From NCBI GenBank assembly GCA_045595165.1, contig JAZNZY010000017.1, positions 6,689 through 70,688 on the forward strand: a stretch of DNA of 64,000 nucleotides, written 5' to 3'. The translations under genes were made by a program, and so were the position numbers. Below the pieces are notes generated by a model. It saw only the letters and a program-made list of their open reading frames with translations, was not told the DNA's origin and did not search any database. Shown here one piece after another: positions 26,379-37,033 of this stretch (the stretch's first letter is position 1; each line of letters opens with the position of its first letter). Source of the stretch: Eubacteriales bacterium (lineage in GTDB: Bacteria > Bacillota > Clostridia > Oscillospirales > CAG-382).

Positions 26379-27057
26379 CTATTCTCTTATCTCCCAGACC
26401 GAAATTGCTTTCACAGGTTATCATCGTTAGCAGATAAGGCGATTCTCCGGGCGTAACGCCGAAATCTATCATTGATTTACTTTTTCCCGTTTCAACGTAG
26501 CCGGTCAGCTCGTCTTCGCTGTGAAAAACGGTTTTTATAAATTCGTTTCCACCTTCGATATACGCAGAATACGGCTTGTATATTGCCAGTTTACCGTTTG
26601 AATATATTTCTATCTCCGCATTTATAAACCTTTCGGGGTTTGCAAGGTATGCAAACATGTTTCCCGATGCCATGTTATGACCGTACAGAATTATATTTCT
26701 GTTTTCGGTAAGATCGCTTTTCAGACGGTAATCAACTATTATCGAACCATTTTTATCATAGGAGCCGTCATAAGCTTTCCTGACGTAATATTCATTATCG
26801 GTAGTTAACAGCAAAGGATAACTTATCTTCGTTTTTTCGACGTTTATCCAACCGCATATATCGGGATATTTACTTGCCAGATTTTCCATCATTCCGCCGT
26901 AGATCTCATAGCTTTTACCTGATGCGTTGTTGATATTCACCGTATATCGATATTCTTCTCCTTTTGCGCTGTCTCGCTTGTTAACTACGGCGGTTGTTGT
27001 AAAGCAGATTGCGGCTGCGGTAAAGCCGATTAAACTTATTAAAGTATATTTTTTCAA
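26341..27057 (-). CDS. Class B sortase
   Basis: N-terminal TM helix; DICGWINVEKTKISYPLLLTTDNEYY; catalytic LYGHNM His and LTMITC Cys. TTG start with a GGGTGA RBS. Confidence 0.8.
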   Translation of the reverse strand: MKKYTLISLIGFTAAAICFTTTAVVNKRDSAKGEEYRYTVNINNASGKSYEIYGGMMENLASKYPDICGWINVEKTKISYPLLLTTDNEYYVRKAYDGSYDKNGSIIVDYRLKSDLTENRNIILYGHNMASGNMFAYLANPERFINAEIEIYSNGKLAIYKPYSAYIEGGNEFIKTVFHSEDELTGYVETGKSKSMIDFGVTPGESPYLLTMITCESNFGLGDKRIVIHAVLTEMISP

Positions 27058-27108
27058 TTATAATCACCCGGATATATTATCTCCGGAAAAAGGGAAGTGA
27101 TACTCAAT

Positions 27109-27303
27109 ATGAGCAGACTTGTCGGTCCTCTTGTTCTCGATGGGGGCGAAACCGTGATCATCCGTTGGTCGGACGGCACCGAAACCGAAGCAAAATACGT
27201 TGAAACCTACGGATATACCAATCTTTTCGATGCAGGCGGTAAAGAAATACGGTTATCCAACCACTTTATGCGCCTTAAAGGAATTAAAATTTCTTTAAAA
27301 TGA
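27109..27303 (+). CDS. Hypothetical small protein (64 aa)
   Basis: The ORF is followed by a strong terminator. The RBS is weak, the start is ambiguous (GTG 27097 or ATG 27109) and no family was recognised. Confidence 0.35.
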   Translation: MSRLVGPLVLDGGETVIIRWSDGTETEAKYVETYGYTNLFDAGGKEIRLSNHFMRLKGIKISLK

Positions 27304-27316
27304 GAATATAATATTG

Positions 27317-27348
27317 AAAAAAGAGTGGAAAAATCCACTCTTTTTTTT
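27317..27348. terminator. Bidirectional terminator
   Basis: AGAGTGGA/TCCACTCT stem flanked by A6 and T8 runs. Confidence 0.85.
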
Positions 27349-27362
27349 GGTGAAGTTAAATA

Positions 27363-29765
27363 TTATTTGGTGTTTTTCTTTTTCTTGTCTACAATAACAA
27401 TAACTGCGCCGATAATTGAAAGCGCGATCACTCCGCATACCGCATAGCCCCATGTTGGGAAACCGCTTACTGCAGCGTTATTGTTGTCTGATCCGGAGTT
27501 TTCGTTGTTAACCGTAAAGGTGCGGTAATTGTCCTTGTTATTTAAAACGATCTTTTTCAGCGTTTTAAGATCGCTCTTAAGCACCGAGGCGGCGGTTATA
27601 TCGGAAGGCTCGGGGAAGTTATCGCAGAGCGCGATGATCTCATCGGCGTTTTCGGAAAGCTTTTCACTTTCAAGCGCGTTAAGAAGCCCGCTGATTTTAT
27701 CTGTATAAGCTTTTAATTCCGTGGCGTCAACAACGTCCTTCATTAACTCAAGTCTTGAAATAACGGTGTTTAACTGCGCTGCCGCGGCGGCTTTGCAGTT
27801 GTATGTGGGAGAAAGCGCGGATTTACTCAAAATCGTCGAAGCGATCTTGCTTGCGTAGTTGCCGGAAACGTATTGAGAATATGCGAAAAATGCGAAGCCG
27901 TCAGCTTCCGCTTTTCTGCTTTGACGGATTTGTTCTATAAAGATATCCGCCCCGTAATCTCCCACACCTATATAAGCAAACACTTTATCCCCACAGGCTT
28001 CGACGGTATAACCTGCGTACATCTCAACAACGTTTGTGCCGTACGCCATAGGATATGCAACGTTTATCAAGCCCTCGTTCATCCAAAGCTTTGCGTTTTG
28101 CAGATGAGAGGTTGCGCTGTCGGTAAGATTGGGAGCAACGTCGCAGGAAACGGTGGTCATAGGGGAAAGATCGTTTACCGTTGCGACTATCTTTTTCACG
28201 AATGTAGTAACGTGTCCGTTTCGGTAATCCACCCATTCCGCCCACAGCTTTCCGTCAACGGGAATGTCAATAGGGTCAGTACCGTATTGTTTTTTGAATT
28301 CGTTTCTTGCCGTTTCTGTATAGCCGAAATCCTCTCCCGTGGCGATAGGATAGCGTATATAATCAAGTTGCAAGCCGTCAAGGCAGTATGTTTTAAGTAA
28401 ATATTCGTACACAGACAACAAATAATCGGTTGCTTCCTGGTTGGCAGGATCTACAAAATATCCGTTACCGTATTCGTTGTATACAAAATTTTCCCCTTTT
28501 TTGCTCATACACAACCATTCGGGCTTTTTGTAAGCAAGGCTTTGCTCGTAATAAGTACTGGAGGAATAGCTGACACGGTAAACGGGAAGCCATCCCTGCA
28601 GTTCCATACCTTGCTTTGCACATTCGTCAATGAACGCCTTCAAAAGATCGAATCCTTTAAGCGAGGGATTTTGTATAAAATATCCATCCTCGGGCATGGG
28701 GCATATGAAGGTACTGTCATAAAACAGTTCAAGACAAATTATATTAAAGCCCATAGCCTTGATCTGCGTAACCCGCTCAGCTACCGCGTCTTTATCGGTA
28801 AGTCCCGACGGACGAATCCATAATGCTCTGCCCTCAACGGTAGGGGATTCTTCCAATAAAAGATACAACGTATCATAATATTTATCAAAATTGTTTGCCG
28901 ATACAATTGCTTTTGCGGTTTCGTTATTTTCAATGCTTGTGCAAACGTCGTTATAGTACTTTTTTAATGCTTCAATACGCTCTTCAGCGGCTTTGTAATC
29001 AATAAGACGGTACTCTCGGTCAGCGGCTTCAAGCTGCAGTACAGCGTAATCCAATTTTATCTTTACCGCGGCTTTTACACTTTCGGGATTGTATGCAAAG
29101 GTGATCGTCTTTTTGCCGTCATCGATCTTTACCTGTAATCCTATTTCAGCCGCATCGTTAAGCTCTGCGATACGGTCGGCACCTACTGCGCTGATAACAA
29201 ATCCGCCCTCGGGAATTTTGTTGTCATTACCGCCGATAGAGGTAACGTATCCGTTGGCATCAACGCATACCTCGTTACCCCAGATATTGGTTTCGGTGGT
29301 TTCACCCTTGTTATATATCACAATAGTATTTGCGGTACGGATAGAATTATATTTATCGAAAGAAACGGTCTTTTCATAGAAGGGATCATAATTTTCTCCG
29401 ATAATCAGAATTACGGATGCTTCATGATCAACAATACAATAATCGCCGGTAATAATTTCAGCGAGCTTGTTTTTGTATCTTTCGCCTTTTGCGGCTATAA
29501 CGAAGCCGTTTTCTGGAATTTCACTATCGTTACAGCCAACGGACGTAACCGCTCCGTCGGCAACGACAACTTCATAATAATTTCCGTCTGTTCCCGTGTT
29601 TTTCGCTCCGTAGGAAGAATCGAATACAGATATTCCTGTAGAAGAAAGCAATGCGTTGTATTCATTGAATTTAATTTCGGTTCCGCCGTTTTCGGCAAGT
29701 GTAACGGTGTTTATTCCCATTAAAATTATAGTGATGGCTAAAAAGATAATCAGTGTTTTTTTCAT
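27363..29765 (-). CDS. Surface-anchored glycoside hydrolase-like family 10 (GHL10/DUF187, YngK-like) protein with a duplicated N-terminal module and a C-terminal TM anchor
   Basis: Signal peptide after ATG 29765 (GGAGG RBS); two ~100-aa repeats; central TIM-like region (RALWIRPSG..MGFNIICLELFYDS); C-terminal hydrophobic helix plus KKKKNTK. Confidence 0.7.
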   Translation of the reverse strand: MKKTLIIFLAITIILMGINTVTLAENGGTEIKFNEYNALLSSTGISVFDSSYGAKNTGTDGNYYEVVVADGAVTSVGCNDSEIPENGFVIAAKGERYKNKLAEIITGDYCIVDHEASVILIIGENYDPFYEKTVSFDKYNSIRTANTIVIYNKGETTETNIWGNEVCVDANGYVTSIGGNDNKIPEGGFVISAVGADRIAELNDAAEIGLQVKIDDGKKTITFAYNPESVKAAVKIKLDYAVLQLEAADREYRLIDYKAAEERIEALKKYYNDVCTSIENNETAKAIVSANNFDKYYDTLYLLLEESPTVEGRALWIRPSGLTDKDAVAERVTQIKAMGFNIICLELFYDSTFICPMPEDGYFIQNPSLKGFDLLKAFIDECAKQGMELQGWLPVYRVSYSSSTYYEQSLAYKKPEWLCMSKKGENFVYNEYGNGYFVDPANQEATDYLLSVYEYLLKTYCLDGLQLDYIRYPIATGEDFGYTETARNEFKKQYGTDPIDIPVDGKLWAEWVDYRNGHVTTFVKKIVATVNDLSPMTTVSCDVAPNLTDSATSHLQNAKLWMNEGLINVAYPMAYGTNVVEMYAGYTVEACGDKVFAYIGVGDYGADIFIEQIRQSRKAEADGFAFFAYSQYVSGNYASKIASTILSKSALSPTYNCKAAAAAQLNTVISRLELMKDVVDATELKAYTDKISGLLNALESEKLSENADEIIALCDNFPEPSDITAASVLKSDLKTLKKIVLNNKDNYRTFTVNNENSGSDNNNAAVSGFPTWGYAVCGVIALSIIGAVIVIVDKKKKNTK

Positions 29766-29809
29766 AATGACCTCCGTTTGCTTCAATTATAACATAACAG
29801 CCGATATTG

Positions 29810-30616
29810 TCAAGTTTTATCCACACGGCGGATTCTTTCGAGAGTCACGTTAATTTCTCCGCCCAAAAGTATTATATACATACAGATATACAACCACAGC
29901 ATTGTCAGCATTACCGCGCTTAACGAGCCGTAAATATCCGTATTCGATATTGAAACGTATATAGAATAAAGCTCGGTAAAGATTACCCATCCGCAGGCAG
30001 ACATTACAGCACCGGGCAGGTGGGAGGCAAGGGACGTTTTTTCAGCAGGGAAGTAGTAATAGATAACCGAAAACAAAACTGAAAGCACAGCAGCCTGTGT
30101 TATCATTTTCACGCCGATAAGCAGCGCCTTAAAACCAAATTTAACAACGATTTCTTCAATAAACCATTCTCCCAACAGCATAAGACCGATCGTTAACACA
30201 AGTGCAGTAATAAATACTATCGTATAAAAAACCGCATAACACCGTTTTTTAATATAGCTTCTTTTTTCGGTACAGCCGTAAACCTCGTTTAATCCGCGCA
30301 TGAGAGAATATATCCCTTTCGACGAAGACCACAAAGCCGCAATTGCGGTAATGGGAATAAGTTTGTTTTGTCTTGCATAAAGCTCGTTTATGATATTCTC
30401 CACTGTATCTCCCAAAGATGACGGTGTTATCGTGAGTATTAAAGATAAAAACTCTTCTTTGGAAAATGGGAGATATTTAAGTGTTTCCAGTACGAGCATA
30501 CTGAAGGGGAAAAACGCAAGCAGTACGAAAAACGCAGTTTGTGCCGCATAGGCAGACAAGTTGTGTTTTCCCACGCGGGAAACAAAATGGTTTATTCGTC
30601 TTATAAAACCATTCAT
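29810..30616 (-). CDS. YihY/BrkB (virulence factor BrkB) family membrane protein
   Basis: Typical N-terminus (NLSAYAAQTAFFVLLAFFPF) and 6 TM helices; 268 aa. Confidence 0.8.
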   Translation of the reverse strand: MNGFIRRINHFVSRVGKHNLSAYAAQTAFFVLLAFFPFSMLVLETLKYLPFSKEEFLSLILTITPSSLGDTVENIINELYARQNKLIPITAIAALWSSSKGIYSLMRGLNEVYGCTEKRSYIKKRCYAVFYTIVFITALVLTIGLMLLGEWFIEEIVVKFGFKALLIGVKMITQAAVLSVLFSVIYYYFPAEKTSLASHLPGAVMSACGWVIFTELYSIYVSISNTDIYGSLSAVMLTMLWLYICMYIILLGGEINVTLERIRRVDKT

Positions 30617-30741
30617 TTTTTCTCCTTATTTGTATAATTTTTTCATTGACTTAAAGTATCCTCTTATGTTATTATATATCAAATACAAGCATTTATCGAT
30701 TTTTGTTTGATTCGGTAGATTTTCAACGTAGTTTTAATTAA

Positions 30742-32247
<1,506 letters not shown>

Positions 32248-32273
32248 GTTTCTCTTTTCCCGCGGAGGTTAAA

Positions 32274-33518
32274 ATGTATAGCAAAACAGATCTTAATTAT
32301 CTTTCAAGCGTAACTGAAACCGTTGCTGCTTCCTCTCCCGAGGTTGCCGCAATCATAAATAAAGAACTTGAACGTCAACGCGATAACGTTTGTCTTATCG
32401 CCAGTGAAAACTTTACCAGCGCGGCTGTTATGGCTGCTACCGGAAGCTGCCTTACTAACAAATATTCCGAGGGAATGGTTGGCAAGCGTTACTACAGCGG
32501 TTGCACCGTAGTAGACGAAATGGAGCTTTTCTGCCGTGAAAAGTGGCTCGAGGTATTTGGTGTAACCGATACTTATCACGTCAACGTACAGCCTCATAGC
32601 GGTTCTCAGGCAAACTTTACCGCATATACCGCATTCCTTACCAAAGGTGATACCGTTCTCAGTATGTCCCTCGCTAACGGCGGACATCTTACCCACGGTT
32701 CTCCCGTAAACAACAGCGGTAAACTTTACAACTTCGTTCATTACGAGGTTGATGAAAACGGCTTCATTATGTATGAAGATATTGCCGCAAAGCTTCGTGA
32801 GCATAATCCCAAGCTGGTTGTTGCAGGCGCAAGCTCATATTCCCGTATTATTGATTTTGCCCGTATCAGAAGCATTATTGATGAATATACTGCAGAAACC
32901 GGAAACCCCGTATTCTTTATGGCTGATATTGCTCATATCGCAGGTCTTGTTGTTGCAGGTGTTCATCCCACACCCTTCGGTGTTTGCGACGTTGTTACTC
33001 TTACTACCCATAAAACTCTTCGCGGCGCACGCGGCGGTCTTACCTTTGCAAAGAAGGAATATGCCAAGAAGATCGACAGCGCGGCATTCCCCGGAACTCA
33101 GGGCGGTCCTTTGCAGCACGTTATCGCAGGTAAGGCTGTAAGCGCCGTTGAATGTCTTAAGCCCGAGTATAAGACTTATATTGAAAACGTAGTTGTAAAC
33201 TGCAAGGCAATGTGCGATGAGTTTATCAAGATGGGTTACAAGGTGGTTACCGGCGGAACTGATAACCATTTGTTCCTTGTTGACCTTACTCCCAACAATG
33301 TATCCGGTCTTGCTGTTCAGAACGAGCTTGAAAGACGCGGTATAATCCTTAACCGCAACTGTGTTCCCGGTGAAAAGCGTTCCGCTTATGAAACCAGTGG
33401 TATCCGTATCGGTACTGCTCCCGAAACCACCCGCGGCTTTACCGCAGAAGATTTCGTAAAGGTTGCTCACAGAATTGACGAAGCCATTAAGTACCTTATG
33501 GCACAGAACGAGCAGTAA
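32274..33518 (+). CDS. glyA: Serine hydroxymethyltransferase
   Basis: PLP-Lys motif TTHKTLRGARGG; ENFTSAAVMAA; 414 aa. Confidence 0.95.
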   Translation: MYSKTDLNYLSSVTETVAASSPEVAAIINKELERQRDNVCLIASENFTSAAVMAATGSCLTNKYSEGMVGKRYYSGCTVVDEMELFCREKWLEVFGVTDTYHVNVQPHSGSQANFTAYTAFLTKGDTVLSMSLANGGHLTHGSPVNNSGKLYNFVHYEVDENGFIMYEDIAAKLREHNPKLVVAGASSYSRIIDFARIRSIIDEYTAETGNPVFFMADIAHIAGLVVAGVHPTPFGVCDVVTLTTHKTLRGARGGLTFAKKEYAKKIDSAAFPGTQGGPLQHVIAGKAVSAVECLKPEYKTYIENVVVNCKAMCDEFIKMGYKVVTGGTDNHLFLVDLTPNNVSGLAVQNELERRGIILNRNCVPGEKRSAYETSGIRIGTAPETTRGFTAEDFVKVAHRIDEAIKYLMAQNEQ

Positions 33519-33531
33519 TTTAAACATAAAA

Positions 33532-33562
33532 AGAGAGAAAACATCGCGTTTTCTCTCTTTCT
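33532..33562 (+). terminator. Rho-independent terminator after glyA
   Basis: AGAGAGAAAAC/GTTTTCTCTCT 11-bp stem with loop ATCGC. Confidence 0.7.
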
Positions 33563-33564
33563 GT

Positions 33565-33605
33565 TGTCGGGGTCCCCAAGAAGTCGCAGACTTCTTGGAT
33601 TGATT
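33565..33605. repeat. REP-like palindromic repeat unit, copy 1
   Basis: TGTCGGGGTCCCCAAGAAGTCGCAGACTTCTTGGATTGATT. The first 34 nt are identical to 54001-54034. It has a 10-bp hairpin. Confidence 0.8.
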
Positions 33606-33610
33606 TTTTG

Positions 33611-35299
33611 TTATTCTTCTATTGCCGCCTTTTTATTTAAAGCGTTTTTAAACAATTCGGGATCAGCCTTCGGCTGTCTGTCATAGGTAAACAGACCGTT
33701 TCTTTCTTGCTCGATATCATAAAGTTGGGTATAGCAAAGTCCGCATATACGCTTGTTGCGAAGCAATACGTCAGCAAGGGAAGTGAACCTTTCAACCAGA
33801 TCATCAGAGCTTACAGCACAGTTACCGTATCCCCAAGCGCCTTCTTCGGGGTTAACGGCAGTTCCGCCGTATTCGCTCATAAACACGGGAAGCGTACCGT
33901 CATAATTTTGCCTGCCGGTATAAACGTCGTAAAGAGGAGCATTTTCAGCAAACGCATCGTATCTTTCGCCATATACCTCGGGATTCTGCTCGTAATCGTG
34001 AAGATCGTAGCAATCGGTTTCATAATGTATTCCTCCGCTTGCATCGATGCAGGGACGGGTAGGATCGTATGTTTTTGTAAAGCGGTATATTTCCTTTGTA
34101 TTTTCCGCTTGTTTTTCTTTTGCGTTCTGATCATTCAGGGGATCATACATAGTTTCGTTAAGAGGACACCAGCCGATAATGGAAGGGTGGTTAAAATCTC
34201 TGTCTATGATCTGTTTCCATTCATTAAGGAGAACATCTTTTCCTTTATCGTCGGCAACGCTTATGCCCCAGCTGGGATATTCTCCCCAGACGATATATCC
34301 TTGCATATCGCAGATATAGAGGAATAAGGGCTCAAACACTTTTTGGTGCAATCGTGCGCCGTTAAATCCGCACTTTTTGGATACGAGTATATCATTTTCC
34401 AAAGCTTCGCGGGTAGGAGCTGTGTATATTCCGTCGGGATAAAAGCCCTGGTCAAGCACAAGACGCTGGAACACGCTCTCGCCGTTGAACAGATACTTTC
34501 CGTCCCTGAATTCGGTACTGCGGAGTCCGAAATAAGAAAGCACCTTATCTTTTCCGCATCTTATGGTTGCGTAATAAACGCCGCCTTTGCCGATCTCCCA
34601 GAAATGTACTTCGGTTAGTTTGATTTCGAAAGTATCTTTTCCCTTGCCGTAGCCGCAAAGTCTTCCATGCCAATAAAGTTGAACCTCAACTTCGTCGTCT
34701 GCAACCACTTCAACACGTACTTTTCCGTTTACCGCATCGGGATAAAATTTAAAGGAGTGCAGATATTTTTCGGGAACAAACTCCATCCAAACAGTCTGCC
34801 AGATACCTGTGGTGCGTGTATAGTAGCATCCGTGGGAGCGGGGAAGCATGGATTGCTTTCCGCTGGGCTGTAACTGTGAGCAAGTATCATCGTCTGCACA
34901 GACGGTGATAACGTTTTCTCCATCCTTTAAATAATCGGTTATATCGTATGTAAAAGAGGATTGTCCGCCATAGTGCTTTTCAAGCTGTATATCGTTTATC
35001 CATACCGTGGCTTCGTAATCACACGCACCGAAATGCAAAAGTGAACGCATATTGTGGTCAAGATTTATATTAAGCTTGCGGCGGTACCAAATTCTTTTTA
35101 TAAAATCTGTAATTCCTATTCCCGAAAGCGAGCTCTCAGGCGCAAAGGGAACATTTATTTTAAGAGGAAAAACGCTGTTCTTATCAAGCGCTTTTTCATT
35201 ATCTACTGCACATTCCCAAACACCGTTAAGGTTGTGCCAGCTATCTCTCACACACATAGGATTGGGATGCTCTGCTCTGGGTATCTTGTTAATAACCAT
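33611..35299 (-). CDS. Glycoside hydrolase family 2 protein
   Basis: Sugar-binding domain (WINDIQLEKHYGGQSSFTYDITDYL), NHPSIIGWCPLNE acid/base motif and a MSEYGG nucleophile-like motif. Confidence 0.8.
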   Translation of the reverse strand: MVINKIPRAEHPNPMCVRDSWHNLNGVWECAVDNEKALDKNSVFPLKINVPFAPESSLSGIGITDFIKRIWYRRKLNINLDHNMRSLLHFGACDYEATVWINDIQLEKHYGGQSSFTYDITDYLKDGENVITVCADDDTCSQLQPSGKQSMLPRSHGCYYTRTTGIWQTVWMEFVPEKYLHSFKFYPDAVNGKVRVEVVADDEVEVQLYWHGRLCGYGKGKDTFEIKLTEVHFWEIGKGGVYYATIRCGKDKVLSYFGLRSTEFRDGKYLFNGESVFQRLVLDQGFYPDGIYTAPTREALENDILVSKKCGFNGARLHQKVFEPLFLYICDMQGYIVWGEYPSWGISVADDKGKDVLLNEWKQIIDRDFNHPSIIGWCPLNETMYDPLNDQNAKEKQAENTKEIYRFTKTYDPTRPCIDASGGIHYETDCYDLHDYEQNPEVYGERYDAFAENAPLYDVYTGRQNYDGTLPVFMSEYGGTAVNPEEGAWGYGNCAVSSDDLVERFTSLADVLLRNKRICGLCYTQLYDIEQERNGLFTYDRQPKADPELFKNALNKKAAIEE

Positions 35300-35350
35300 A
35301 AAACATTTCTCCTTTGTTTTGTGTTTTTATTTTATATCCTTTTCCGGGGG

Positions 35351-35379
35351 TTGTCAATAACAAATTTAAGTGTTATAAT
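35351..35379 (+). promoter_or_regulatory. Sigma-A promoter (extended -10)
   Basis: TTGTCA(35351-35356), 17 nt ending in TGT, TATAAT(35374-35379). Confidence 0.7.
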
Positions 35380-35402
35380 ATGCTTGAAAAGAGGTTTTCG
35401 CT

Positions 35403-35870
35403 ATGGTATACAGAAAAGCTTTAAAATCAGATTGCTTATTTATTTCCGAATGTTTAAAGGATATTCTTTCTCTTCATGCAAAAGGCAGGGCAGACATATT
35501 TAAAAATTGCGGCGGAAAATATACAGCAGATGATATAGAAAAAATGCTGAATGAAAAGGATATTCATATCTTTGTTGCAGAAGAGTCCGGCGAAAAACTC
35601 GGCTATGCAATTTGTTATTATAAAGAGATCAAAAACGATCCGGTTTTAAAGGATCGCGTTATCTTTTATCTTGACGATCTGTACGTTCTTCCCGCCACCC
35701 GCGGAAAAGGCGCAGGAAACGGATTTATGGAATATCTGTTTGCTTATGCCAAAGATCTGGGTTGCGATTCCTTTGAACTCAACGTCTGGAATTTTGACGG
35801 CAGCGCCACCGGCTTTTACAAAAAATGCGGTATGACCACTCAAAAGCAAATAATGGAAAAGAAATTGTAA
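35403..35870 (+). CDS. GNAT family N-acetyltransferase
   Basis: Acetyl-CoA motif LYVLPATRGKGAGNGFMEY; 155 aa. Confidence 0.85.
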   Translation: MVYRKALKSDCLFISECLKDILSLHAKGRADIFKNCGGKYTADDIEKMLNEKDIHIFVAEESGEKLGYAICYYKEIKNDPVLKDRVIFYLDDLYVLPATRGKGAGNGFMEYLFAYAKDLGCDSFELNVWNFDGSATGFYKKCGMTTQKQIMEKKL

Positions 35871-35883
35871 TACAAACATTAAA

Positions 35884-35910
35884 GCTCGGGCATTTGTCCG
35901 AGCCTTTGTT
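35884..35910. terminator. Hairpin terminator between convergent genes
   Basis: GCTCGG/CCGAGC stem with an 8-nt loop, then CTTTGTTCTT. Confidence 0.5.
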
Positions 35911-35911
35911 C

Positions 35912-37024
35912 TTATTGCGTGAATGTTTCGATTATATATAAAAACTGAACTGCCCAGAAAGTTAACTCGCACCAAATTGAAGTATCTTTTTTGTGGTCCG
36001 GTTCCAATCCAATTTCTACATAAGGATGCGCGCTTCTAAAATTGTCTTTGAAACGACTTTTTTGATACGATGATTCAAAGGTGGTTCTTAATACCCCGTC
36101 ATACGAAAGCATCTCTTTTAATGTTATTACTGAATCTTTAACGACTTTTGATTTATCGCCGCACACCATTGCAAGTGCAGTCAAAGTCTTGCGTTGATTC
36201 GGTGCTTTTTGAGGGAATGATAAAGGCAAAAATGGTTGCATATATGCCCAACCCGGACCGACTTGTTTACCGTTTATCTTTACAGCAAAACCGACCCAAT
36301 CTTTAGTTATACGATCATGATGATCAATAGCTGCGGCAAGACGGTTTATCTTCTCCTTGGTACGCCAACTTTGTGTGTTAGCCAAGGTTTCCAAATGATA
36401 CTGACACGGAAAATAGGTATCAGGTGAAATCGTAGGATAGTTGTATTTTCGCTTTAAGTCTGGATTATAGGTCGTAATCTCATTTGGAGCCTCATAATCA
36501 AGTAAACTCACAAAAGCGTTATACGAAGCATCAACAAAATGTTTCATTTCAGGGTCGTCTCCACAGCCAAGTAACGCTTGACAAGCATACAACACAACAT
36601 CAAGCGTTGAACCGCTGTTAATGCCGAGGCTTCTTGTTGCATAACGAACCTTTTCCGGGTTGTAATATGAAAACTCTTTTTCCAAAACTTTATCATCGCG
36701 CATAGCTTTGACAAAATTTTTAACAATAGGAGTGTCTTTGGGAATCGCATAGTTGTGCAGAAGCCTTGCAGCGTTTTCGCCGTCATCTAAATGGGAGGAC
36801 TTGAATTTCTCCCAAGAATGCATACCAATACCGATATAACCGTTAGGTTTAACATGCGTCAAAAGAAGTTGATAATCTGGAGTTTGTTTTACTCTTTCAA
36901 GAAGTTTTTCTTCTTCGTTTTCAGACAAATCCCGAAGAATTTCCTTGTGTAAACGGTATTGTATAACATCTCTGCCGTTTTCGAGCAGAAAATTAATTGA
37001 TTTAGAATACTTATCTCTGAACAT
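35912..37024 (-). CDS. Unknown-function protein, paralog B of the cassette (370 aa, predicted all-helical)
   Basis: AAGGAGA RBS. Shares N-terminal (INFLLENGRDVIQYRLHKEIL), central (LANTQSWRTKEK) and C-terminal blocks with the upstream gene. Confidence 0.75.
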   Translation of the reverse strand: MFRDKYSKSINFLLENGRDVIQYRLHKEILRDLSENEEEKLLERVKQTPDYQLLLTHVKPNGYIGIGMHSWEKFKSSHLDDGENAARLLHNYAIPKDTPIVKNFVKAMRDDKVLEKEFSYYNPEKVRYATRSLGINSGSTLDVVLYACQALLGCGDDPEMKHFVDASYNAFVSLLDYEAPNEITTYNPDLKRKYNYPTISPDTYFPCQYHLETLANTQSWRTKEKINRLAAAIDHHDRITKDWVGFAVKINGKQVGPGWAYMQPFLPLSFPQKAPNQRKTLTALAMVCGDKSKVVKDSVITLKEMLSYDGVLRTTFESSYQKSRFKDNFRSAHPYVEIGLEPDHKKDTSIWCELTFWAVQFLYIIETFTQ

Positions 37025-37033
37025 TTTTTCTCC

